Shown piece by piece: positions 54,066 through 62,720 of a stretch of 64,000 bases of DNA. A model generated the notes under the pieces. The model made no database searches and had not been told where the DNA came from. It worked only from the letters and a program-made list of their open reading frames with translations. Source of the stretch: Candidatus Enterousia sp. (lineage in GTDB: Bacteria; Pseudomonadota; Alphaproteobacteria; Rs-D84); NCBI GenBank assembly GCA_045587125.1, contig JAZNBN010000006.1, positions 1,118-65,117 on the forward strand. Reading direction: 5' to 3'. Positions within the stretch are counted from its first letter, which is position 1. Each line of letters starts with the position of its first letter. The position numbers and the translations under genes are program-made.

Positions 54066-54974
54066 TTATTTATACATTTTTATAATTTCATCTGCATAGG
54101 TCCCAGGCACTGGGTTTTCAGAACCACGATATGTCAACTTCTGAAAGAAAGCACCACTGGTAACTTCATCAAATTGTTTTTTATCAAATGGTTTATTATG
54201 ATAATCCCACCACAACATATGTGTTGGATCTTGGTCAACATGTGGCATTTTTGCGAAATACTTTTTCGCACGTGGATCATATGTTACCAATGTCTTGAAC
54301 AACAATTGATGCATAAAATAATCAAAGTTTGAATTTTCATGTGTCCAATAATCCAAAATCATCGCACGCCATGCGTCCAACAAGTACGCACCCCTGCGTG
54401 CACGAATAAAACAATTTTGCATAAACGAATAAGGACTGCCAACATTTTGTCCCGCCATATACACAAAGAAATCTTCATTTTCAATCCAATCTGGAATTGC
54501 ACTGGTTGCCAATCCTGTTGAATCCAACCAATAACCACCATGATTATATAACAATTCCACACGACAAATATCTGCGAAATGCGCATGTGCGATTTTACCT
54601 GCCCTGCGTTTTTCCATAATAATATCTGGCAAAGTTATATAATCAAAAACAGTCTTTTCATCTAATACAACTAATTCTTGTTTACAGTTTTTACGCACAC
54701 TGCGAAAACACGCCTGAACCAAAGGTGGTGCTTTGTCTTCACCCTGTAACCACAATGTGAAAATTTTGTCATTTTTATCATTATTTATAACTTCGCGTTC
54801 CTTTACCGCCGCAGCCGCTGGCAAATATCTTTTAAAATATTTTGGTATTACTTTGGAAATAACATCACTGCGTACCTTACGTCTTTTAACACGTGAACGC
54901 CAAGGCCAATTAAAAATATGCCCCAAAAATACAATTTTCATTGTCGCAATAAATCTTGAAAAACTCATATTCAC
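54066..54974 (-). CDS. capsular-polysaccharide-synthesis-type glycosyltransferase (Caps_synth/GT32-like)
   Basis: 302 aa. IFTLWLQGEDKAPPLVQAC..S.......L..... and FADICRVELLYNHGGYWLDS resemble the Caps_synth / DXD sugar-binding region pattern. Confidence 0.55.
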   Translation of the reverse strand: MNMSFSRFIATMKIVFLGHIFNWPWRSRVKRRKVRSDVISKVIPKYFKRYLPAAAAVKEREVINNDKNDKIFTLWLQGEDKAPPLVQACFRSVRKNCKQELVVLDEKTVFDYITLPDIIMEKRRAGKIAHAHFADICRVELLYNHGGYWLDSTGLATSAIPDWIENEDFFVYMAGQNVGSPYSFMQNCFIRARRGAYLLDAWRAMILDYWTHENSNFDYFMHQLLFKTLVTYDPRAKKYFAKMPHVDQDPTHMLWWDYHNKPFDKKQFDEVTSGAFFQKLTYRGSENPVPGTYADEIIKMYK

Positions 54975-55030
54975 ACCTTTGTTAAAAATCAGACAAACAA
55001 CCCAACCAGGAATCTGATTGGGTTATTTTA

Positions 55031-56110
55031 TTATTCTTCTGTATCTTCAGAAAAACTTTCTTCGTCACTTGGGCCGGTTGTCATTTCTTCGGCAATACCA
55101 GATGCACGTGCCATAATTTTATCCAGCAATTCTTTCTGAACATCTTCATGGTCTTTCAGCCATGCACGGGCATTTGCCTCACCCTGACCCATACGTTCAC
55201 TGTTATAAGAATAGAAACTGCCCGCCTTTTCAATCAGGTCGTATTTCACACCCATATCTAATATTTCACTGATGCGACTAATACCTTCGCCATACATAAT
55301 TTTAAAATCAACCGTACGGAAAGGTGGTGCAACTTTATTCTTTACAATTTTAACACGTGTTTCATTTCCAACAATATTTTCTTTGTCTTTAATTTGTCCT
55401 GTACGGCGAATATCAAGACGCACAGACGCATAGAACTTTAACGCATTACCACCAGATGTTGTTTCTGGGTTACCAAACATAACACCAATTTTCATACGAA
55501 TTTGATTGATAAATATCAACAAAGTATTACTACGCGATACAGAACCGGCTAATTTTTTCAAAGATTGACTCATCAATCGGGCAGTTGTACCAACAAAAGA
55601 ATCACCGATATTACCTTCTAATTCTGCCTTAGGCACCAATGCAGCCACACTGTCAATAACAACAACATCAACCGCACCAGATTTAATCAATGTATCTGCA
55701 ATTTCCAATGCCTGTTCCCCAGAATCAGGTTGTGAAATAATTAAATTTGAAACATCAACACCCAATTTTTTTGCATAACTTGGGTCCAACGCATTTTCTG
55801 CATCAATGTACGCACATGTACCGCCTTTTTTCTGGGATTCTGCAACCGCATGCAACGCCAGTGTTGTTTTACCAGAACTTTCCGGTCCATAAATTTCAAC
55901 AATACGTCCCTTTGGATATCCACCAACACCCAACGCGATATCCAACCCCAAAGAACCAGATGAAATTGCTTCTATATTTTGTTGGGACCCATCGCCCATT
56001 TTCATAATTGCTTCTTTACCGAATTGTTTTTGGATTTGCGCCAACGCAGATTCCAGCGCAGGATTTTTTGCAGACACACCTGCATCTTTGACATTATCTT
56101 TTTTTGCCAT
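55031..56110 (-). CDS. recA: recombinase RecA
   Basis: 359 aa with [27 protein letters not shown] and an acidic C-terminal tail. Confidence 0.97.
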   Translation of the reverse strand: MAKKDNVKDAGVSAKNPALESALAQIQKQFGKEAIMKMGDGSQQNIEAISSGSLGLDIALGVGGYPKGRIVEIYGPESSGKTTLALHAVAESQKKGGTCAYIDAENALDPSYAKKLGVDVSNLIISQPDSGEQALEIADTLIKSGAVDVVVIDSVAALVPKAELEGNIGDSFVGTTARLMSQSLKKLAGSVSRSNTLLIFINQIRMKIGVMFGNPETTSGGNALKFYASVRLDIRRTGQIKDKENIVGNETRVKIVKNKVAPPFRTVDFKIMYGEGISRISEILDMGVKYDLIEKAGSFYSYNSERMGQGEANARAWLKDHEDVQKELLDKIMARASGIAEEMTTGPSDEESFSEDTEE

Positions 56111-56173
56111 ACGTTTCCCCTTTATTTCTTAGGAAAATCATACAAAGAAACCCAACAAAAAGCAATGAAATTG

Positions 56174-57364
56174 TTATTTTTTTCTTTCAACCAAAATCAA
56201 CAACATAAACGCCCCAATAAACGCAGTCACCGTCCACACAGCCGTTGTTGTACCAAATAAAGTAATCGCCAACGCCCCCAATGTTGGGACAATAATATTT
56301 GGCAAATTAGAACTTGTTCTGAACACACCATAAAAACGTGTTTGTTGTGCCTTAGTTTGTGCGTTATCAAAGAATAATAAATCATGCACAGGTTCCATAA
56401 ACGCACCTGAAATCTGCCATGCAACAAATATAGCCAGCAATGGCACACCCTTTACAAATACAGCCATCGCAGACAAAAGCGCAAACGAACCGAACCCAAT
56501 AACCAACCATATTGTTTTACCAAACCTGCGAACCAAACGTCCCATAACTTCACTCATCAATAAATAGGGTATAATTCCCAAAGTCAAAACAATACCCAAT
56601 GTATCTTTGGTAAATCCATTTTCAATAACCAAAATCGGCACATACAATACACGTAACGCACGCAACGAATAATATCCAAAATTCACTAAATACGCCCTTA
56701 TCATTCCCGGCACTTTAAAAAATTGATATGTATTTCTAAGTAACGCACGTATTGTTCTTCTGGGGCTGACCGGTTTAACATTTACGTCTTGTTGAACAAT
56801 TTTGAACAATCTGAACATAAACCAACCCACCAAATAAATAATCGCAGACCCCATAAACGCCGCCCGATTACCGAAATTATTTGCAATTAAAACCGCAACC
56901 ATTGGTGCAAAGAACGCACCTATATTTAACCATAAATGATATCTGGCATTTAATCGTGCCATACCGACTTTTTCTGAAAAATCAGACATAAACAGCGGTA
57001 TCAACACAGCCGTCAACGTTATCGCAAATCCTGTTGTATAATCCAAAATAATAAACGTACGTGGTAATATAGAAAAACTCATCATCGCATAACAAACTGC
57101 AATCATCAGCATTGCGAAATAAAAAACTTTGACTTTTGAAAACTGACGAAAAATTTCATTTGCGAACAATCCGACCAAAAAACAGAACACAGAATAAATT
57201 GCGACATAAATACCAACAATTGCACTGCTGCGGAAAATTTCCAGAATAACCAGTGAATACACAGCATTATAAATACCGTCTGCGAATCCGGTAAACAACC
57301 CCAGATTTGCAAACGAAAAACCGCTTACATTGCGTCCAACTGAAATATACTTCTCTCTCGCCAT
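56174..57364 (-). CDS. MFS transporter
   Basis: 396 aa with about 12 TM helices and a basic loop between the halves. The substrate is unknown. Confidence 0.65.
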   Translation of the reverse strand: MAREKYISVGRNVSGFSFANLGLFTGFADGIYNAVYSLVILEIFRSSAIVGIYVAIYSVFCFLVGLFANEIFRQFSKVKVFYFAMLMIAVCYAMMSFSILPRTFIILDYTTGFAITLTAVLIPLFMSDFSEKVGMARLNARYHLWLNIGAFFAPMVAVLIANNFGNRAAFMGSAIIYLVGWFMFRLFKIVQQDVNVKPVSPRRTIRALLRNTYQFFKVPGMIRAYLVNFGYYSLRALRVLYVPILVIENGFTKDTLGIVLTLGIIPYLLMSEVMGRLVRRFGKTIWLVIGFGSFALLSAMAVFVKGVPLLAIFVAWQISGAFMEPVHDLLFFDNAQTKAQQTRFYGVFRTSSNLPNIIVPTLGALAITLFGTTTAVWTVTAFIGAFMLLILVERKK

Positions 57365-57407
57365 GGATATATATTATACCAGAACAAAGCATTTGTTGCA
57401 AATATGA

Positions 57408-57884
57408 TTAAAACCGTGTGGTGTTGGTATGTGCCAATGCGATTGCAATTGCGTCTGCTTCGTCTGCAGTTTTCGGATGTGCATTTGGCAATAAAATTTG
57501 CACCATTTTATCAACAGCCGTCTTATCTGCATGCCCCGCCCCAGTCAGTGCTTTTTTTATTTTATTTGGTTCGTATTCAAATATAGGAATATCTTGATTT
57601 GCAACCGCAACAATTGCCGCCGAACGTGCATGCCCTAAAATCAATGTAGTTTTTGGATTTTTATTTACAAAAGTTATTTCAATACTGCATTCATCTGGTA
57701 AAAAAGTTTCACATATTTTTGTAACTTCACGAAAAATAGTAACCAAACGCTGTGCCATTTCCATTTTTGGATTTGGTAAAATTACACCACTGGCAATATA
57801 TTTACGTGTCTGTCCCGCAGTATCAACAACCGCCCAACCTGTATGTAACAAACCCGGGTCAATACCCAACACACGCTTTGTCAT
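57408..57884 (-). CDS. ruvC: crossover junction endodeoxyribonuclease RuvC
   Basis: 158 aa. VLGIDPGLLHTGWAVV and the C-terminal DEADAIAIAL show the catalytic acidic residues. Confidence 0.92.
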   Translation of the reverse strand: MTKRVLGIDPGLLHTGWAVVDTAGQTRKYIASGVILPNPKMEMAQRLVTIFREVTKICETFLPDECSIEITFVNKNPKTTLILGHARSAAIVAVANQDIPIFEYEPNKIKKALTGAGHADKTAVDKMVQILLPNAHPKTADEADAIAIALAHTNTTRF

Positions 57885-58270
57885 TTCTTTATTACCCTGC
57901 GTTTTGTTGTTTTTATTTCTTTGGCGGATATAATATGCTTATACAACCCCAACCAAGGGATACGCACGCCATACGTTTTAATTTTATACCTTTTACCTTT
58001 TTTAAATTTTCCTTGTAATTCATCACTGTGAAATTTCCAAAACCAAATACAATTAGTATTTTTTATTGCCTGTCCATTTGTAGTATAAACCATATGATGC
58101 GATTCCACATGAACATCGTCACCAATCGTAGAACTATGCACAACAATACCCTTGTCTGAAATTTTTATAATTTCACTAGAAACAGTTGATTTACAATACC
58201 AATAACTTCCCAACAAAAATAATAATATTAACAACACAGGTAATACAATTATCAGAAAAATATCCAACAT
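57881..58270 (-). CDS. hypothetical membrane-anchored protein (129 aa)
   Basis: N-terminal TM helix. Its stop overlaps the ruvC ATG (ATGA). No family assigned with confidence. Confidence 0.5.
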   Translation of the reverse strand: MLDIFLIIVLPVLLILLFLLGSYWYCKSTVSSEIIKISDKGIVVHSSTIGDDVHVESHHMVYTTNGQAIKNTNCIWFWKFHSDELQGKFKKGKRYKIKTYGVRIPWLGLYKHIISAKEIKTTKRRVIKK

Positions 58271-58281
58271 AGCCCACCCCT

Positions 58282-58482
58282 TTATTTTCTATCCTTACCA
58301 AACTTTTTTGAATGTATATATCGCCACCCTAAACTCGTCAGTGGGAAAAATACCACAATTACAAAAAAAACATACAAACAAACCCAAAATAAATTAACAT
58401 CTGTTAAAAAGAACAAATCATTACCTATTTTTAACAAAAAAACACAAGCTATAAAATACAAAGCTTTAAAAAAATTTTTCAT
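58282..58482 (-). CDS. hypothetical small membrane protein (66 aa)
   Basis: Two hydrophobic helices. It is co-oriented with its neighbours and tightly packed against them. Confidence 0.4.
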   Translation of the reverse strand: MKNFFKALYFIACVFLLKIGNDLFFLTDVNLFWVCLYVFFVIVVFFPLTSLGWRYIHSKKFGKDRK

Positions 58483-58493
58483 ATCACATCTCC

Positions 58494-58823
58494 CTATTTC
58501 CTAAAACTTATTTTACTAACCGCGTTATATCCAAAGTATTTATTTATACGTTTAATTATTTCATCTGATTGATACGACAATTGTAACGCATACGCAGGCA
58601 CAGCCGGTCTGATTACAACATTAAAAGTCTTATCACGATTTTGTTTAATTGCCGACAATCTGGCGACTGACGCAATATCTGCCCCCATAATTTCGTCCCA
58701 ACGTGCAACCAAATCAGAATCAGACGCACGACCACCAAACAAACGCATCATTCCCCCCAACGCACCTGCCAAGGTTTGTGGACGTGCCGTTCGTTTTTCA
58801 AAATTTTTACTGTGGTTTGACAT
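58494..58823 (-). CDS. DUF721 (DciA-like) protein
   Basis: 109 aa. LVARWDEIMGADIA...FNVVIRPAVPAYALQLSYQSDEIIKRINKYFG...ISFR matches the DUF721 pattern (W..ivG......t.....g.L.v.v.s...a.eL.....li.rlN..lG...V..i.f). Confidence 0.6.
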   Translation of the reverse strand: MSNHSKNFEKRTARPQTLAGALGGMMRLFGGRASDSDLVARWDEIMGADIASVARLSAIKQNRDKTFNVVIRPAVPAYALQLSYQSDEIIKRINKYFGYNAVSKISFRK

Positions 58824-59907
58824 AGGTATATTCTTTTGGCATCAATATAAACATTTGACCTTGGGAATGTTGTCCTTGGGCGAATTTATATGCTTCGTCC
58901 CCTTTACCGAAGAATATGTCTGCACGAATCCACCCACGAATTGCACTGCCTGTATCTTGGGCAATCATCAATCGGCGGAACGGGCGACCATCTGATAAAT
59001 TCGTATTTACATACACAGGCAATCCCAATGTATATAATTTATCGTCCATCGCAACACTGCGGATTTTTGACAAAGGTGTACTTAATTTTCCGATAACATC
59101 TGGTGGTGTTGATTCATAAAAATAAACATATCTTGGGTTTTTATAAATTACATCTTTTGCCAATGCTGGGTTTGCCTTTAAATGTTGCCACACAGCCTCA
59201 GACGAATACCCACCCGCCGGTCTGATACCACGATTACGCAGTTCTTCACCGATTGATTTAAACGGCATATCATTCACACCTGCATAATTCAGTTTTACAT
59301 CTGTACCGTCTTCTAATCTCAGGTTTCCACTGCCCTGAATTTGCAAATTTTGCACATCAACAATATTTGCCCAGTACAAAACCTGACCTATTTGTTTTTC
59401 AACAATATCTTTTTTTGCGACCCCTTTGTATGCACGTCCATCTTTTGGAATCCCCATCAATGGTTCATTACATTGCACGGTCTTGGTACGACACGCAGGT
59501 ATAATTGGTGAATAATATCCTGTGTATGTACCTTTGTCTGTTCCGTTATCGTTATAAATCTTGTACGGTTGGAAATTTGATTCAAACCACGCACGCACAG
59601 TCGCCACATCTGCGGACGCAGACGGCAAAGTACGGCATTTTTCATCAAATAATTGCTTATCTGGGATTAAACGCCCAGTGTATTGAATTTTGGCCTTGCA
59701 AGAATTACGAAACGCCTGCAAAGCATATCTGACATCATCTTCACGCCAACCGGGCAAATCACTGTATGACACACGTTTGAAATTAGATGGAATTACAGAA
59801 TTATCCCCACTGACTGTTGGACCCGACAAATCGCACGAAGCCAGCACAAATGCACATAAAACGGACAAAATTCCCCGAACGAACATATTTTTTTCCAAAA
59901 AAGCCAT
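58807..59907 (-). CDS. mltA: murein transglycosylase A
   Basis: 366 aa with a lipoprotein signal (LASC). It has an MltA-specific domain plus a 3D domain (MIAQDTGSAIRG..RADIFFG). Confidence 0.85.
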   Translation of the reverse strand: MAFLEKNMFVRGILSVLCAFVLASCDLSGPTVSGDNSVIPSNFKRVSYSDLPGWREDDVRYALQAFRNSCKAKIQYTGRLIPDKQLFDEKCRTLPSASADVATVRAWFESNFQPYKIYNDNGTDKGTYTGYYSPIIPACRTKTVQCNEPLMGIPKDGRAYKGVAKKDIVEKQIGQVLYWANIVDVQNLQIQGSGNLRLEDGTDVKLNYAGVNDMPFKSIGEELRNRGIRPAGGYSSEAVWQHLKANPALAKDVIYKNPRYVYFYESTPPDVIGKLSTPLSKIRSVAMDDKLYTLGLPVYVNTNLSDGRPFRRLMIAQDTGSAIRGWIRADIFFGKGDEAYKFAQGQHSQGQMFILMPKEYTYVKPQ

Positions 59908-60020
59908 TTTTTATGTATCCCCCCACTTGTAAAACAATTTTATATTGCTATATTATCATAAAAGCGGGGTGCAAGTCCAGACCTTACATCCAACAAAAAA
60001 CACAGCAAGGAGAAAGCATA

Positions 60021-60446
60021 ATGGCAAACTTTAAAATTATCTCACAATTCTTAAAAGACATTTCTTTTGAAAGTCCAAACGTTCCAGAATTATTTTTTAA
60101 ACAAGAAAGCGGCCAGGCAAAACTGGAAATAAATATTGACATTCAAATCAAAGGTGCAGAAAACAATTTGTTTATGGTTGATTTGATTACCAAGGTTCAT
60201 TCTAAACTGGAACAAGGCGAAAAAACAATGTTCTTGATTGAATCAACATATTCTTGCTTGGTGCAAATGGAAGAAGAAAAAGACGAAGAAGCAAAAAAAC
60301 GCACATTGTTAATCAGCGTTCCTACATTAATATTCCCATCTGTTCGTGCGTTGGTTACACGTCTGACATCGGAATCAGGTTTTCCACCATTGGCATTACA
60401 ACCTGTGGATTTCGCAGCATTATACGAACAGAAAAATGCAAAATAA
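60021..60446 (+). CDS. secB: protein-export chaperone SecB
   Basis: MANFKIISQFLKDISFESPNVPELFF is the canonical SecB N-terminus. An AAGGAG RBS is present. The ORF-track start at 59817 is rejected. Confidence 0.88.
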   Translation: MANFKIISQFLKDISFESPNVPELFFKQESGQAKLEINIDIQIKGAENNLFMVDLITKVHSKLEQGEKTMFLIESTYSCLVQMEEEKDEEAKKRTLLISVPTLIFPSVRALVTRLTSESGFPPLALQPVDFAALYEQKNAK

Positions 60447-60468
60447 TAAAAACAAATTCCTACCTTTC

Positions 60469-60498
60469 GAAAAATCCCCGATTGGGGATTTTTTTTAT
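60469..60498. terminator. ATCCCC-N4-GGGGAT terminator
   Basis: gaaaaatccccgattggggatttttttt, between convergent secB and the 237-aa gene. Confidence 0.8.
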
Positions 60499-60507
60499 AA
60501 ATAAAAA

Positions 60508-61221
60508 CTAATGTTGTTTGATTTTATAATACAGTTCTATTACCTGTTTTTGTAATTTTTCATCTTTAATTTTTTGCATGGTATATTTAAACATTTCTTG
60601 TTCTGTTTTTTCACTCATACCATACAACAAATACATAATCATCGTGGACAATTTGGATTCAATACCATATTTTTCACGAAACAAAACTTGAAATTTCAAT
60701 GCGCGTGAAACCAGTGAAGGTTCCGTATACAACGTATCTATCTTATTATTCAAGACACGATAATTTGCCAATTCTATTGTTTTGTTTGACGTAAAACCAT
60801 AAAAAGGTGCCGCCGCCAAAATTTGCTGTGTTTTATTATAATAAAAAATAGAATTACAATTAAAATCAAAATACTGACCAACAATCATATCTGGCCAATC
60901 AATTTCTTTATTAAAAATATCAACTTCTGGGAATTTTTTTAAACCCAACTTTGTTCCACCAAAAGAATTTTGTTTTACATAAATAACATTCGGATTATTT
61001 TGCAAATCTGGTTTTTGCGATAATATTAAATCAATATCTTTTGATTCTGTTTCTTTGCCGACCAATTTTCCCAAGACCGCATCACGCACAAACCCACCAA
61101 CCGCAAAAACATCTGTATTTTTGGGCAAATTTAAATCATTAACAATTCCATCAACCACCGGGGCAATTTTTAATGTTGCCCCACGAATTGCTTTTTCAAC
61201 ATCTTCCAGATACCATCTCAA
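60508..61221 (-). CDS. short nucleotidyltransferase with a poly(A) polymerase/CCA-enzyme head-domain motif
   Basis: 237 aa. VFAVGGFVRDAVLGK...KDIDLIL fits GG.VRD.LLG....D.D. There is no recognisable tRNA-binding tail. The only start available for the full ORF is TTG at 61221, so the start is uncertain. Confidence 0.55.
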   Translation of the reverse strand: MRWYLEDVEKAIRGATLKIAPVVDGIVNDLNLPKNTDVFAVGGFVRDAVLGKLVGKETESKDIDLILSQKPDLQNNPNVIYVKQNSFGGTKLGLKKFPEVDIFNKEIDWPDMIVGQYFDFNCNSIFYYNKTQQILAAAPFYGFTSNKTIELANYRVLNNKIDTLYTEPSLVSRALKFQVLFREKYGIESKLSTMIMYLLYGMSEKTEQEMFKYTMQKIKDEKLQKQVIELYYKIKQH

Positions 61222-61232
61222 AACACACCCCG

Positions 61233-61352
61233 CACGTGATTAGCAGAAAAATTAAAGATAATGGTATAGATAAGCGGGTTTAAGATGACGTAGTGTACAT
61301 GACGTTACATGAGACATCTTAAACCCGCTTAGATATGCCATTAGATTTAATT
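61233..61352. repeat. nested-hairpin repeat, copy 3 (complete, different inner module)
   Basis: The outer arms and apical stem match copies 1b and 2b. The inner stem is agcgggtttaagatgac / gacatcttaaacccgct (16 of 17 paired). It lies between the yebC stop (61358) and the start of the 237-aa gene (61221). Confidence 0.9.
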
Positions 61353-61357
61353 TATTT

Positions 61358-62074
61358 TTATGCAGCGGCTGTGAACACCTTCTGCACATCATCATTTGCA
61401 TCCAATGCATCAACCAGTTTTTCCAGTTTTGCATATGCTTCATCGTCCAAATCCATTGGCATATTTGGCAACCAAGTCAATTCTGCCTGTTCTGGTTCAC
61501 CCAACACATCTGCCAGATATTTTTGTACAGTGATGAAATCTTCTGGTTTTGTTGTGATAATAAAACCTTCTTCGGATGTTTCCAGGTTATCTGCATTTGC
61601 ATCCATAATAATTTCCATCATTTCATCTTCGGTTTTACCGATTGATGCCGGATACATGATTTGACCTGCACGTGTAAACATAAACACAACAGAACCTTCT
61701 TCGCCCATATTTCCGCCATTTTTACCAAATATATTGCGGATTTCTGGCACTGTACGACGTGGGTTATCAGTCAATGCTTCTACGATAACAGGCACGGCAC
61801 CTGGGCCATAACCTTCGTATCTAACTGCTTCGTAACTTTCTGTATTTGCCCCAGATGCCTTTTCAATTGCGCGTTTGATATTATCATTTGGCATTGAATT
61901 TTTGCGCGCTGTCAAAATTGCCAAACGAAGTCTTGGATTGTTGTCTGGGTTTTTATCACCTAATTTGGCAGCCATAGTAATTTCACGTGCCAATTTTGTA
62001 AACAAACCACTGCGTGCAGCGTCTGCCGCACCTTTCTTGTGTTGAATGTTATGCCATTTACTGTGTCCACTCAT
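61358..62074 (-). CDS. yebC: YebC/PmpR-family transcriptional regulator
   Basis: MSGHSKWHNIQHKKGAADAARSGLFTKLAREI is the canonical N-terminus. Confidence 0.93.
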   Translation of the reverse strand: MSGHSKWHNIQHKKGAADAARSGLFTKLAREITMAAKLGDKNPDNNPRLRLAILTARKNSMPNDNIKRAIEKASGANTESYEAVRYEGYGPGAVPVIVEALTDNPRRTVPEIRNIFGKNGGNMGEEGSVVFMFTRAGQIMYPASIGKTEDEMMEIIMDANADNLETSEEGFIITTKPEDFITVQKYLADVLGEPEQAELTWLPNMPMDLDDEAYAKLEKLVDALDANDDVQKVFTAAA

Positions 62075-62125
62075 ATTTGACCTTTTTATTTATTTAGATT
62101 AAAATTACCAGTAAAAGGATAACAA

Positions 62126-62716
62126 ATGATTGGCAAATTGCAAGGCATAGTTGATTATATTGGTGATGGATATGTAATTTTATTGGTCCATGGTGTCGGG
62201 TACAAGGTTTATACTGCGGAATATCTGACCCATAAATCAACCATTGAATTATGGATTGAAACGATTGTACGTGAAGATTCAATTCGCCTATTTGGGTTTT
62301 CATCACTGCAATCCCAAGATTTATTTAACATGCTGACGGGCGTTTCTGGGGTTGGACCCAAGGTAGCATTGGCAATAATGGGGACTGTTAAATCAGACAC
62401 ATTAATATCTGCCATTGCAACAGGTGACGCAAAAACGATTTCGACTGCACCTGGGGTTGGCAAAAAGATGGCTGAAAAAATCATTGTTGAATTAAAGAAC
62501 AAAGTTGGTGGCGCATCTGCGACATTATTTGCACATGACAATCCGGCGGGGGTTGCATCATCTGCCCTGCCCGACTTATTGATGGCACTGGAATCTTTGG
62601 GTTATCGCAGACTGGACATAATTGAAATGGCACAAAAATTGGTGAATGAAAATCCATCTGCGAACGTATCTAAATTGGTCCCGATGGCATTAAAAGAAAT
62701 CAGCAAAGGAAAATAA
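62126..62716 (+). CDS. ruvA: Holliday junction branch migration complex subunit RuvA
   Basis: MIGKLQGIV...VGYKV, the HhH motifs (LTGVSGVGPKVALAI, APGVGKKMAEKI) and the C-terminal domain III are present. Confidence 0.93.
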   Translation: MIGKLQGIVDYIGDGYVILLVHGVGYKVYTAEYLTHKSTIELWIETIVREDSIRLFGFSSLQSQDLFNMLTGVSGVGPKVALAIMGTVKSDTLISAIATGDAKTISTAPGVGKKMAEKIIVELKNKVGGASATLFAHDNPAGVASSALPDLLMALESLGYRRLDIIEMAQKLVNENPSANVSKLVPMALKEISKGK

Positions 62717-62720
62717 AGTT

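Noticed and set aside
56111-56173. A search for an alphaproteobacterial SOS box (GTTC-N7-GTTC / GAAC-N7-GAAC) upstream of recA.
   Set aside because: No such direct repeat is visible in the 63-nt interval. I cannot say whether LexA regulation exists.
59817-60020. A long N-terminal extension of secB (ORF-track start at 59817).
   Set aside because: It overlaps the mltA start region. The canonical SecB N-terminus with an AAGGAG RBS begins at 60021.
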